The position numbers and the translations under genes are program-made. Shown in pieces: positions 19,694-28,612 of a DNA stretch of 64,000 nucleotides. The notes below the pieces were generated by a model, which saw only the letters and a program-made list of their open reading frames with translations, did not search any database and had not been told where the DNA came from. How positions within the stretch are numbered: the first letter of the stretch is position 1; each line of letters begins with the position of its first letter. Source of the DNA: an uncultured delta proteobacterium (lineage in GTDB: Bacteria; Myxococcota_A; Polyangia; Polyangiales; Polyangiaceae); NCBI GenBank assembly GCA_963841435.1, contig CAWJCS010000004.1, forward strand, positions 64,001-128,000. Direction: 5' to 3'.

Positions 19694-21195
19694 GTGCCGA
19701 GCGCTCCCCGCACGCGGTCCGTCAGGCGCTCGCGGGCGCCCTTGATGGTGTCCCGCGCGAGGAGCACGGGATAGCTCGCTTCACCGTCGGGCATCAGCAC
19801 CTCGAAGCGCAGCGGGCCCTCCGGGGCTACGTCGTTGTCGTTCCAGCGCCCGGCGCCGTGAAAGCAGAGTATCTCACCGACGTACGCGCCGGCGAGCACG
19901 GCGGCGCGCCGTTCCGCAACCTCGGTGGAGGGCGCCCCAGGCACGGCGACGCCAGGCGCGACCAAGGCGAGGAAGCGCTCGATGGCCTCCAGGCTTTCGA
20001 GCGAGCGATCGAGAGGCAAATGCACCGAGCGCTCCGCCCACAGGCCGATGGCCGAGCTCCTGAGCGTGCGTCCGAGCTCCCCCAGGCGCGAAAGCTCCGG
20101 CCAGGTCGCGGGATCCCAGGGCGTCGGGGGATCGATCGGCCTGAGGTGAGGGGCCTCGGGTGGTTCGGCTGCGGGGTGCGGGCTGGGCCCGGCGTCCAGA
20201 CGCAAGGAACGGCCCGCACGCAACGCCTGCTCGACGTGGTCGAGCGGTTCGTAGCCCTCGTTGCCGTAGGAGACGATCAGCGTCGTGGGCTCGGCGACGC
20301 GACCTTGCCAGGTGCCGCCGCGCGCGAGTCGGACACACTCGCCAGCGTAGCACGCGAGCAGCATGGCGAGCGCGTACGGCGGTGTGCGAAGCTCCGGCGA
20401 GGCGACGAGGGCGAGCACGGCGTCGAGGCGTTCCAGGCTCTTCAGCGACAAGTCGTACGGTGCGAAGTGCCACGCCGCGGGCGCGCGCGTCAAAAAGGCC
20501 GCTGCTTCCGTCGCGAGCCTTGGCGCCTCGGGCATGTCGTGCACGAGCAACGTGTCGAGGCGATCGGCGGCGAGGCGCTCGAGCGTGGCGAGCGCCGCCT
20601 CGAGGTTCCCGTTCGCGAGCTCGAGCTCGAGCGGGTCCCACGTGGTGGTACCGGCCGGTCGCGGGCTCCGTAGCGCGATTTTCGGCGACGGCGGGACGCT
20701 CTCGACGGGCGCGGGCGCGGGCTCGGTGGGTACCTCGGAGCGCGGCGGCTCGAGCCGTCCGAGATTGAGGGGCGCGAACGGCGGCCCGAGACGCGCCGGT
20801 GGTGGCACGGACGGGGTCTTGAGCACGAATTGTGGAAACGTTCGCGCGCTCGACGGCGGGGGAGCCGACGGCGGCTCGTTGGGCCTCGACGGCGGGGGCG
20901 CGGGCTCGGTGGCGGGGCGCGGTGGCGGTGGCGGGCTCGTGACGCGCAAGAGCGCGCGCGCCTCCGGAAAGTCTGGGCACTGGGCGAGGACATCCTCGAT
21001 GCGCTCGCGGACCGCCGCACGGTCGAGACGCCCGCGCAAGAACAGGAGGCGCGTCGTCAGATAGGTGAGCGCGGGGCCGAACGCACCCGAGGGTCCGAGC
21101 GCCGCGAGCCGCTGCTGGGCTTCCTCGAAACGCCCAGCGTCGAGGCAACCCTCGACGGCCCGAAGCCTGTCATCGTCGAGCGGGCCTCCGGACAT
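19690..21195 (-). CDS. Hypothetical protein: TPR-like N-terminus, Pro-rich linker, two related C-terminal domains
   Basis: Repeated pattern (Y/L)D.SL.SLE...LALVA...Y.GE...G.W; ATGA overlap with the DUF4920 gene. Confidence 0.7.
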   Translation of the reverse strand: MSGGPLDDDRLRAVEGCLDAGRFEEAQQRLAALGPSGAFGPALTYLTTRLLFLRGRLDRAAVRERIEDVLAQCPDFPEARALLRVTSPPPPPRPATEPAPPPSRPNEPPSAPPPSSARTFPQFVLKTPSVPPPARLGPPFAPLNLGRLEPPRSEVPTEPAPAPVESVPPSPKIALRSPRPAGTTTWDPLELELANGNLEAALATLERLAADRLDTLLVHDMPEAPRLATEAAAFLTRAPAAWHFAPYDLSLKSLERLDAVLALVASPELRTPPYALAMLLACYAGECVRLARGGTWQGRVAEPTTLIVSYGNEGYEPLDHVEQALRAGRSLRLDAGPSPHPAAEPPEAPHLRPIDPPTPWDPATWPELSRLGELGRTLRSSAIGLWAERSVHLPLDRSLESLEAIERFLALVAPGVAVPGAPSTEVAERRAAVLAGAYVGEILCFHGAGRWNDNDVAPEGPLRFEVLMPDGEASYPVLLARDTIKGARERLTDRVRGALGT

Positions 21196-21312
21196 GCCAA
21201 CGGACAGGGTCGCGCGACGGCGACGGGGACGCAATTCGCGCGTACTCTGGGCCGAGTTTCCGCGCAGGATCGTCCGGTCGCGCCCGGCCCGCCGGAGGGG
21301 GGGCGCGGCCGC

Positions 21313-23403
21313 TCAGGGGGCCTTCGGTTCGAGCGATTTCGCGCAGCGAAAGCCGATGCCGTAGCTGAGCGCGCTCGGGGCCTGCGCGTAGCGGAACGAG
21401 GGCCGGAGCCAGCTCGCGTAGCTGCCGTTGAACGCTCCGCCGCGGATCACGCGCCGCTCGCCTGTCGCGGGGCCGGTCGGATTCTTTTCGGCATCCGGGC
21501 CGTAGGGGGCGTACCAGTCGGCGACCCACTCCCACACGTTGCCGACGACGTCATAGGGACCGAAGCGCGAGCGGCCCGCGGGGAATTTCCCGACGGGAGC
21601 CGTGCCGGCATAGCCATCGTCGTCGGGGTAGAGCGCGGCGAAGGGAGCACCGTGCCGCTTGCCCCACGTGACGCATTCGCCGCCGCACGCGTTCAGGTGC
21701 TTGGCCGTCGGGGCGTCGTCACCCCACGGGTAGACGCGACCGTCGGGCCCGCGTGTCGCGTACTCCCATTCGGCTTCGGTCGGGAGGCGTTTGCCCTGCG
21801 CCTCGCAGTAGATGCTCGCCATCTCGTGGCTGACGCAGTTGATCGGGTGGTCGGAAAGCTCGGGCTTTCCGAACGTGCAAAACCCCGCGTAAAGCCGCTT
21901 GTCCTTGGGCGTGATCTCCGGCCAGTCGAGCTCGTTGGTCACGCGCTTGCACTTGCCGATGTCGGAGCAAGCTTTGTATTTCCCGGCCGTCGTCTCGTAA
22001 AGGTCGATGCAGTAGGCGTTGAGCGTGACGTTGTGGCTCGGCTTCTCGTTGTCGAGCGCATCCTTCGCGTCGGAGCCCTGGAAGAACTGACCTGCCTTGA
22101 TTGTCGCCATCTCTTCGGGGCAGGTCGGCTCGTCGGCCACGCTCTTCGCGGGGGCAGGTGCCGGCACGCTCGAAAACGACGGGAACGGGGCCGCCGGGCG
22201 CACGCTCTCGTCGCTCGCGCCGCGCCGCGCGATGAAGATGCCCCCGACGCCCAGCATGCCGACCACGACGGCGCCGAGGATGACGAGCCCGGCCTTGCCC
22301 GCGGAGGGGCGCGCGACGTCGCCGCTCGTCGCGCTCGAGCCGTCGGTCGTCGGGGAAGTGCGGGCACCGAGCGCCCCTGGCGCGAGCTCGGTGGGCGCCG
22401 TGCTCGGACGCACCCGGCCCCCCGCCGCGGCCACGCCGCTCGGCACGGCGGCACCGGGGAGCGCCGGGAGCCCCTGCAGCGCCTGACCGAGCGCCGCCCA
22501 GAATTCGCCGGCCCGCGGATAGCGGTCCTCCGGCTTCACCGAGAGGGCCTTTTCGAAGACTGCTTCCACGGCGTCGGGCAGCGCCACGCCGAGAGCGCGC
22601 GGTGTCGGCCGCTTCACGGGGTTGCCCGAAGAGAAGCCGAGCTGCACGAGATCGTCGCCCTCGAGCGCCACGTGCCCGCACAGCATCTCGACCGCCACGA
22701 GCGCGAGCGCGAACACGTCCGTCCAGGGGCCCGTGGCGCCATAGCTGCGGCTGAACTGTTCGGGCGCGCCGTACTGCGGCGTGAACGACGTGACGCCCAT
22801 GCCGGTCTTCGCGAGCGCGGCTTTGAGCTGCGTGTTGTCGCTCATCATCTTGGCGACGCCGAAGTCGAGCACCTTGACGACGGCCTTGCCGTCGCGCGGA
22901 TCGCCCAGCACGAACAGATTCGGCGGCTTGATGTCGCGATGCGCGATGCCGCGACCGTGCGCCACGTCGAGCGCGGCGGCCGCCTGCCCGAGCAGGGCGT
23001 AGACCTCCGAGAGGGTGAACGTGGTGCGCCCCGCCAGTCGCTCGCTCTCGATGAGCTCGTCGAGAGCGAGACCGTCGAGCCACTCGAGCACCATGTACGG
23101 CATCCACTGCCCGTCGGGTGACGTGTACGTCCCGACGTCGCGCGCCTGCACGATGGCCGCGGTCTGGCTCGAAAGCTCGGTGAGCAGCGCCCCTTCCTGG
23201 ATGAACGCCTGCTGGAACAGATCGCGCTGATCGGCGGGGGCCGAGGAGAGCCCGCTGAAGAACTTGATGGCGACCGGCTTTTGCCAGATCGTGTGCATCG
23301 CCCGGTAGACGACGGCAAAGCCTCCCTCGCCCACGAGGCGCTCGACCCGATACTTCTCGGCGACGATGCGGCCGTTCAGGCCCAACGGATCGTGATCGCT
23401 CAT
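21313..23403 (-). CDS. Membrane Ser/Thr protein kinase with extracytoplasmic FGE-sulfatase (SUMF1)-like domain
   Basis: GEGGFAVV, VAIK, HRDIKPPN, DFGVAK, APEQ, TM helix; RLPTEAEWEYA, YPWG, GNVWEW, RGGAF, GFRCA. Confidence 0.95.
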   Translation of the reverse strand: MSDHDPLGLNGRIVAEKYRVERLVGEGGFAVVYRAMHTIWQKPVAIKFFSGLSSAPADQRDLFQQAFIQEGALLTELSSQTAAIVQARDVGTYTSPDGQWMPYMVLEWLDGLALDELIESERLAGRTTFTLSEVYALLGQAAAALDVAHGRGIAHRDIKPPNLFVLGDPRDGKAVVKVLDFGVAKMMSDNTQLKAALAKTGMGVTSFTPQYGAPEQFSRSYGATGPWTDVFALALVAVEMLCGHVALEGDDLVQLGFSSGNPVKRPTPRALGVALPDAVEAVFEKALSVKPEDRYPRAGEFWAALGQALQGLPALPGAAVPSGVAAAGGRVRPSTAPTELAPGALGARTSPTTDGSSATSGDVARPSAGKAGLVILGAVVVGMLGVGGIFIARRGASDESVRPAAPFPSFSSVPAPAPAKSVADEPTCPEEMATIKAGQFFQGSDAKDALDNEKPSHNVTLNAYCIDLYETTAGKYKACSDIGKCKRVTNELDWPEITPKDKRLYAGFCTFGKPELSDHPINCVSHEMASIYCEAQGKRLPTEAEWEYATRGPDGRVYPWGDDAPTAKHLNACGGECVTWGKRHGAPFAALYPDDDGYAGTAPVGKFPAGRSRFGPYDVVGNVWEWVADWYAPYGPDAEKNPTGPATGERRVIRGGAFNGSYASWLRPSFRYAQAPSALSYGIGFRCAKSLEPKAP

Positions 23404-24269
23404 CGGGGACGCGGATCGGGGTTCGAACCTGCCATGCTCCTCCCAACGCTCTCCCGGGACAAGGGGTCTACGCCCAAAAGCGCTCCGCGCTCCGAAAGGT
23501 CCGCGAGCAGCCTGCTCGTCCCATCGAGCACGGATGGGCTCGTCGGGACCCCAAAGCTCTCGCAGGCGAGCACGACGGCCTGCCCGAGCGCGGCCCCAGC
23601 GAGCAAGGCGTCGAGCATGGTGGCGGCCAGGGGCGAAAGCTCGAGGTAGCGCACGTCGTCGTTCGCGTCGCGGTAGACGGCGAGTGCCGTCGGCTCGCGC
23701 ACGGGCTCGCTCCGGTCCGCCTCGTTCTCGGGAAGGCGATGCACGGCGTGTTCGTAGCGCGCGACGACGAGCGACGGCGAGAAAACGAGGCAGGACTCGG
23801 GAGCGAGCTCGAGGCTCGCGGTTGCGCGCGCGTCGGGGCTCGAGGCGACGACGATCGACAGGGCCTCGTGGCGCGCGAGGTCGAGGGCCCAGGCGGGGAC
23901 CCGCGGATCGCGCGGCCAGAGCGGGGCGCAGAAGTCGAGCAGCTCGGTCGTCACGTCGCGCAGGTAGTGCGTGCGGGGGCCGCGCTCCGTGAGGAAGCGT
24001 GCGAAGTACTCGTCGAACAGCGGTCCGAGGCGGGCCATGGTTCGCGGGATCGCGAGCTCGAGCGCGCTCCGAAGCGTGCCGCGCGCGAGCGTGCGGTAGA
24101 CCAGCAACCGCGGGAAATCGCGGCGTATCGCCGTCGCGTCGCGCCCGCTGATGCCGTGGCGCAAGAGGAACGGGTCGAGATCGCTCGGTGCGAGCGCCGG
24201 CCCGAACACGAGCTCCGCCATGGCGTCCTCAAGCGTTGCTTGCACGGCGCTCCTGCCCGAGGGCGGCAT
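23400..24269 (-). CDS. DUF2063-type MNIO partner protein (HvfC/BufC-like); start could be 24221
   Basis: RLLVYR..L...PRT...G..FD.YF..F, DLARHE, LAVYRD...VRYLELSP; directly downstream of DUF692. Confidence 0.8.
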   Translation of the reverse strand: MPPSGRSAVQATLEDAMAELVFGPALAPSDLDPFLLRHGISGRDATAIRRDFPRLLVYRTLARGTLRSALELAIPRTMARLGPLFDEYFARFLTERGPRTHYLRDVTTELLDFCAPLWPRDPRVPAWALDLARHEALSIVVASSPDARATASLELAPESCLVFSPSLVVARYEHAVHRLPENEADRSEPVREPTALAVYRDANDDVRYLELSPLAATMLDALLAGAALGQAVVLACESFGVPTSPSVLDGTSRLLADLSERGALLGVDPLSRESVGRSMAGSNPDPRPR

Positions 24270-25104
24270 CGACCACGCTGCGCACCACGCCGACCTCGGC
24301 GACCAGCTCGTCGAGCGAGGGGACGAGGTTGTCGCGCTCGAGCAACACCGGGACGGGTCCAGTGCGCGCGAGACTGAACGAAAGGAGCTCGAGAACGCTG
24401 GGGATCACGGGGGCGCCGTGGTTGTCGATGAGCAGTCCATCGGGTCGAACGAGGTGCCCCGCGACGTGAATCTCGATCACGCGCTCGAGCGGTAGGGCCT
24501 CGATGAAAGCGAGCGGGTCGAAATCGTGATTGATGGCGTTCACGTAGACGTTGTTCACGTCGAGCAAGAGCCCCGCCTGCGTGCGCTCGAGAATGCCGGC
24601 GATGAGCTCGCTCTCGGCGAGCTCGGGCTCGCCCGGGTGCGCGTAGTAGGTGACGTTTTCTAGCGCCATCGGGCGGCCGAGCCGCTCCGAGAGCTCGTCG
24701 ATGCGGTCGGCGATGCGAGGCACGGCGTCGCGTGCGAAACGGAGCGGCAAGAGCTCGTGAAAGCTCCGTGGCCCCGCGCTCGTGACGGCGAGGTGATCGG
24801 AGTGCCAGGGCGTCTCGAGGCGATCGAGCTCGTCACGCAAGGCCGCCACGAACTCGACGTCCGGCTCGCGCTCGGCGCCGAGCGACAAGGTGAGCCCATG
24901 CGTCACGATCGGGTAGCGGTCGCGCACGCGTCCGAGCGCGGCGGGGTAGTAACCGCCCCGCCGCATGTAGTTTTCGGGGGACACCTCGAAGAAGTCGATG
25001 TCGAGCGTGGGCCCGTCGATCACCTCTTCGAGAAACTCCCAGCGCAGCCCGAGCCCGATTCCGCGCGGCGCGCGGCGTAGCTCGGGACCGGGGATTGTCG
25101 TCAA
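24229..25104 (-). CDS. DUF692 family multinuclear non-heme iron-dependent oxidase (MNIO)
   Basis: GIGLGLR, FEVSPENY, HGLTLSLG, SDHL, LENV, LLDVNNVY, EIHVAGH, DNHG, LLERD. Confidence 0.95.
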   Translation of the reverse strand: MTTIPGPELRRAPRGIGLGLRWEFLEEVIDGPTLDIDFFEVSPENYMRRGGYYPAALGRVRDRYPIVTHGLTLSLGAEREPDVEFVAALRDELDRLETPWHSDHLAVTSAGPRSFHELLPLRFARDAVPRIADRIDELSERLGRPMALENVTYYAHPGEPELAESELIAGILERTQAGLLLDVNNVYVNAINHDFDPLAFIEALPLERVIEIHVAGHLVRPDGLLIDNHGAPVIPSVLELLSFSLARTGPVPVLLERDNLVPSLDELVAEVGVVRSVVDAALGQERRASNA

Positions 25105-25119
25105 TGGACGTCGACGCGG

Positions 25120-25476
25120 CTAGCCGCAGGTGCCCGGACCGCAACCGGCCTTGGCGCCGGCCGCCTTCTTCTTGGCTGCGGGCTTCGGGGCCGCGGGTGC
25201 CGCTTCCGTTTTCGCCGGGCTCGTGGCCGCGGGCGCTTCGGCGGCGGCCGCTGCTGGCGCTGCGGCCGGGGTTGCCGCGGGGGCTTCGGCAGCGGCCGGT
25301 GCATCCATCGCCGGGGCGGCCTCGGCGGCCGCTTCCGGTGCGGGCGCTGCGGCTGGGACCTCGGTCGCCTCGACGGGGCTCGACGCCGGCTCGGCGGGAG
25401 CGGCTGCGCCGCCGCAGGCGGTCGAGCCGAGCGCTGCAAGCGCACTCGCAAAGGCATACTGACTGAGCTTGTTCAT
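25120..25476 (-). CDS. Putative MNIO RiPP precursor: lipoprotein signal, Ala/Pro/Glu stalk, C-terminal CGPGTCG core
   Basis: AAGGAG RBS; MNKLSQYAFASALAALGSTAC; other Cys only at 112 and 117; ends 15 bp before DUF692. Confidence 0.85.
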   Translation of the reverse strand: MNKLSQYAFASALAALGSTACGGAAAPAEPASSPVEATEVPAAAPAPEAAAEAAPAMDAPAAAEAPAATPAAAPAAAAAEAPAATSPAKTEAAPAAPKPAAKKKAAGAKAGCGPGTCG

Positions 25477-25548
25477 GTTCGGAATGCTCCTTGGTCGGTT
25501 TGAGCTCGGGTGGCCCGAGCATACTCAAAGGAAGGACGTTTGAGGGGG

Positions 25549-25574
25549 TACGGCGCCCCGGCGGTCGCGGTTTC
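25549..25574 (-). promoter_or_regulatory. ECF-sigma-type promoter GAAACC-N16-CGTA upstream of the precursor
   Basis: Minus strand reads GAAACC gcgaccgccggggcgc CGTA, matching the AAC/CGT ECF pattern with a 16-nt spacer. Confidence 0.55.
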
Positions 25575-25593
25575 GGTCGGTGTCGTGGCGCAG

Positions 25594-26373
25594 CTATTGC
25601 TTCCTCAGTCTGAGCTCCACGGAAACGCGCGCTTCGCGGGCGATTTTCCTGCTTTCCAGGGCTCGGTCACGGACCAGGGGCGCCCCGTGCCCGTCGCGCG
25701 CGCGGATGTCGTGCGTCGCAAACGACACCACGAGCGGGGTCCGCGTGTGCAGCACGAGCTCTGAGGCCGGAGGCGCTCCGGAGGTCGGACTCGGCGTCAC
25801 CTCGAGCTCGACGCTCGCGGGAGCTCGCATGCCGTGCAGCGAAAGTGTCCCGCGTGCGAGCCACCCGTCCCGGTGGGTCGCTTCGAGCCCGAGAAGCTCG
25901 AAGGTCGCGACGCGCGCGCTCGCGCGAGCCGCCGCGGGAGCTTCGGCGCCGAGGCCGAGCCAGTCGAGCGCTGCTTTCGTGAGCTCGGGATCCACATCGC
26001 CGTCACCCGACAGAAGCTCGAGGGACGTGAGGTCCGCGTCGATCTTGCCGCGCGCCGACGATGGATCGTTCGGATCGAAATCGACGGAGCCGCTCGCTCG
26101 GGTCACCCTCCCCGTGGGGGAGCCCTTGCGGAGAGGCAGCTCGAGCTCGACCTTGGCCCATACGACCGCGTAGCGCGCTCGCTCCCCGGCGGGGAGGCTC
26201 CGCGCACTCGCGGGAGCGGAGGGTGGCGTCGCGGGCCAGGGCTCGGTGCGCTCCGGCTGAGGCGGCTCCCGCCGGCAGGCGACGACGAGCGCAACCAGCG
26301 CGGCCGCGGCCGTCACGGCGCGAGCGGAGCGCTTCTGCGGTCGGCCGCGCGCGGTTCGCCGATCCTTTCGCAT
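25594..26373 (-). CDS. YceI-like lipoprotein
   Basis: Lipobox VVAC; GSVDFDPNDPSSARGKIDADLTSL, ARGTLSLHG, beta-strand pattern. Confidence 0.75.
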   Translation of the reverse strand: MRKDRRTARGRPQKRSARAVTAAAALVALVVACRREPPQPERTEPWPATPPSAPASARSLPAGERARYAVVWAKVELELPLRKGSPTGRVTRASGSVDFDPNDPSSARGKIDADLTSLELLSGDGDVDPELTKAALDWLGLGAEAPAAARASARVATFELLGLEATHRDGWLARGTLSLHGMRAPASVELEVTPSPTSGAPPASELVLHTRTPLVVSFATHDIRARDGHGAPLVRDRALESRKIAREARVSVELRLRKQ

Positions 26374-27887
26374 CAGTGCCAGACTCCGATGGCGAGGCCC
26401 CAGCCGAGGTAGGCGCGTGCGACGTCCAGGGAGCCGGTCAAGCGGAACCAATTTCCTTCCGGGAACGTGCCGAAGACGTCCCAGGGCAAAAGCTTCTGAT
26501 CGATGCCGAGCGTCGCATGCGCGCGTCCGCCGTCCGCATTGTCCGGAAAGCGGGTGGGCTCGAAATAGATGCCACCGCGCAGCTTCGTCCAGCGCAAAAT
26601 CGGCTCGAGCTCCACGGCGAGGCGGGGCGAGAGGCTGAGGTGCCTCCCGGAGCGTTGCGCCTTGCCGTCCAAGAACCCCTCGATGCCGATGCCGCCGTCG
26701 ACGTTGCCCGTGAGCACGAGCGAGCTCGTGATGAGCACGTACCGGCGAGGCAGGGCCTCGAACGTGGCACGGACCTGGCGGTCCACGTCGTCCTTGGCTT
26801 CTTCGACCTCTTCCTCGTCCCTTTCCGCTGCGAGCGCTTCTTCGCGTGCGAGCTCTTGCTCGAGCGCCGTCACGTCGGCGCCGCCGCGGCGTGCGGCCGC
26901 GATGCGTTGCCTGTCCCTTCGCGCGCGCTCGCGCGCCCCGTAGTCGACCCGGCGCCGCACGCGATCGACCACGTCGTCGGGATTGACCCAGCGCGGGTTG
27001 ATGGGGCGCGGGCCGAGCTGCAGCGCGGCACCGAAGTTCAGATCCCACGGCACGGTGACGCGATCGGGTAGATACCGGTCGTCGCTGGGGTCGGCGTTGT
27101 CCGTGTTGAGCTGTTGCCTTCCGCTTTTCGGCGTTTCGGCGTTGACGGCCGTGCGAAACGCAGCGCCGACGCGCACGTGCTCCCAGTTGGGTCGCCAAAC
27201 GAAGCCCGTTTCGAAACCCGCCCCCGTCGTACTGAGCAGATTCGTGCCCTCTTGGAGCACGGTGCTGCGCGTCGTGACGGTGAAGGTGGTCACGCGCATC
27301 CCGAGCCCGATCGCGAGCTGCCCGTCCCCGACTCCGTAGGCGCCGAGCACGTGGTTTTGCACGATCTGCCCGGCAAGGTCGCGCTGCCCGTCGTTCTCGA
27401 GCTCGCTTTGGCCGCGAAAGCTGTACTGCTGGAGATCGGCTGTCGCGGCGAAGCCGAAGTGGTCGATCTGGACGTGCACGGCGCCACCCAGAAAAACGTA
27501 CGGTTGCTTGCCCGTGGGCAGGCACGTCTCGCGCCCCGAGTTGAAGTAGTCGTAGTGCTCGAGCCCGCTCGGGAACGTCAGGCTGCCGCCGAGCTCCTGA
27601 TCGGCGCTCGAAAACGACGTTGGGGCGCGCACCGCGGGCGAGGCGGGGTTTTGGGTGTCGCCGTCGACGCCTTCGGCGATGGCCACGAAGGCGCCGGCGA
27701 GGCCGATCACGCGAGTGCTCGCGAACACCGGGCCTTGGTAGAGGTCGAGCGCGTAGTCGTTGGTGCGAAGGTCGGGCACCGTCGGAGGCCACGCCGCGCT
27801 GCCGTCGCTGCATTGTGCCTGCGCCCGCCCCGTGACGAACGCCGCCGCCGCGGCCGCGGCAAAAAGCCAGGGTCCGGCGGGGCGCAT
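26373..27887 (-). CDS. Putative outer-membrane beta-barrel (FadL/PorV-like N-terminus)
   Basis: Signal peptide ending AQA; TRVIGLAGAFVAIAEG..NPA; alternating strands; ends GWGLAIGVWH. Confidence 0.65.
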   Translation of the reverse strand: MRPAGPWLFAAAAAAAFVTGRAQAQCSDGSAAWPPTVPDLRTNDYALDLYQGPVFASTRVIGLAGAFVAIAEGVDGDTQNPASPAVRAPTSFSSADQELGGSLTFPSGLEHYDYFNSGRETCLPTGKQPYVFLGGAVHVQIDHFGFAATADLQQYSFRGQSELENDGQRDLAGQIVQNHVLGAYGVGDGQLAIGLGMRVTTFTVTTRSTVLQEGTNLLSTTGAGFETGFVWRPNWEHVRVGAAFRTAVNAETPKSGRQQLNTDNADPSDDRYLPDRVTVPWDLNFGAALQLGPRPINPRWVNPDDVVDRVRRRVDYGARERARRDRQRIAAARRGGADVTALEQELAREEALAAERDEEEVEEAKDDVDRQVRATFEALPRRYVLITSSLVLTGNVDGGIGIEGFLDGKAQRSGRHLSLSPRLAVELEPILRWTKLRGGIYFEPTRFPDNADGGRAHATLGIDQKLLPWDVFGTFPEGNWFRLTGSLDVARAYLGWGLAIGVWH

Positions 27888-27971
27888 GCGCCCGCCTACC
27901 ATGAATGCGTGACACGGTGGTTCCGTGCCCCAGCCTTTACCGGGCTTTTTCGGCGTGGCATTCTGGGAGCT

Positions 27972-28553
27972 ATGGCTCGCGCAGAGGCGTTCCTCGTCGT
28001 AGCAGGCTGTGCGCTGTCGGCTCTCGGCTGTGGCAGGACGGCGGGCTCGGCGTGGCTCCGCGACGACAGCGTGCTCTTCGCGGGAGGACCCTCGGACGAC
28101 GCGACCGAGGGTCTCCGGCTCCCGTCCCGCCTTGGCGGTGACGTGCTGCCGGTGTCGGCCGCGGTGGCGGGCGCTCCGAGCGTCTCGCGGCCTCGGCTCG
28201 ACCACGTCGTGAACTTGGGCGAGAGCTACACATTGAACGAGGGCGCTCGGGCGAGCGCGCCGCTTTCGGGCCCCGCCCAAGCGACGGTCGTCATCGTGAA
28301 CCAGGTGACGCCCTCGGCGGCGTACCAAGATGGCTACCTCGTTGCACCGGCGCTCGTCGGGGAACGCGCGCACCGCGGCGCCCCTCGGCGTACCGGGGCG
28401 GTGCGGCATCACGAGGTGCGCTCCGACGGCCCCGAGCGCGATCGGCCGGACCCAGCGGCGCCCACGCCGCGCCCGAGCGTCGAGCGCGACGGCGCGCGGG
28501 GCGTCGCCTTGTTCGTGCGCCGGCCGGTGCGCCAAGTGCCGCCCGTGCACTGA
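27972..28553 (+). CDS. Hypothetical lipoprotein
   Basis: GGGAG RBS; MARAEAFLVVAGCALSALGC. Confidence 0.55.
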   Translation: MARAEAFLVVAGCALSALGCGRTAGSAWLRDDSVLFAGGPSDDATEGLRLPSRLGGDVLPVSAAVAGAPSVSRPRLDHVVNLGESYTLNEGARASAPLSGPAQATVVIVNQVTPSAAYQDGYLVAPALVGERAHRGAPRRTGAVRHHEVRSDGPERDRPDPAAPTPRPSVERDGARGVALFVRRPVRQVPPVH

Positions 28554-28612
28554 GCTTTCGTCGTGCAAGCGAGCGGGGTCGCGCGAACGATTCCGCATAG
28601 TATAGTCCGCGC

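Noticed and set aside
21313-22100. FGE-type C-terminus as a diversity-generating retroelement target
   Set aside because: No reverse transcriptase or template repeat seen in the window.
25101-25462. Alternative-frame ORFs over the RiPP precursor
   Set aside because: Only 25120..25476 has an RBS, signal peptide and terminal Cys motif.
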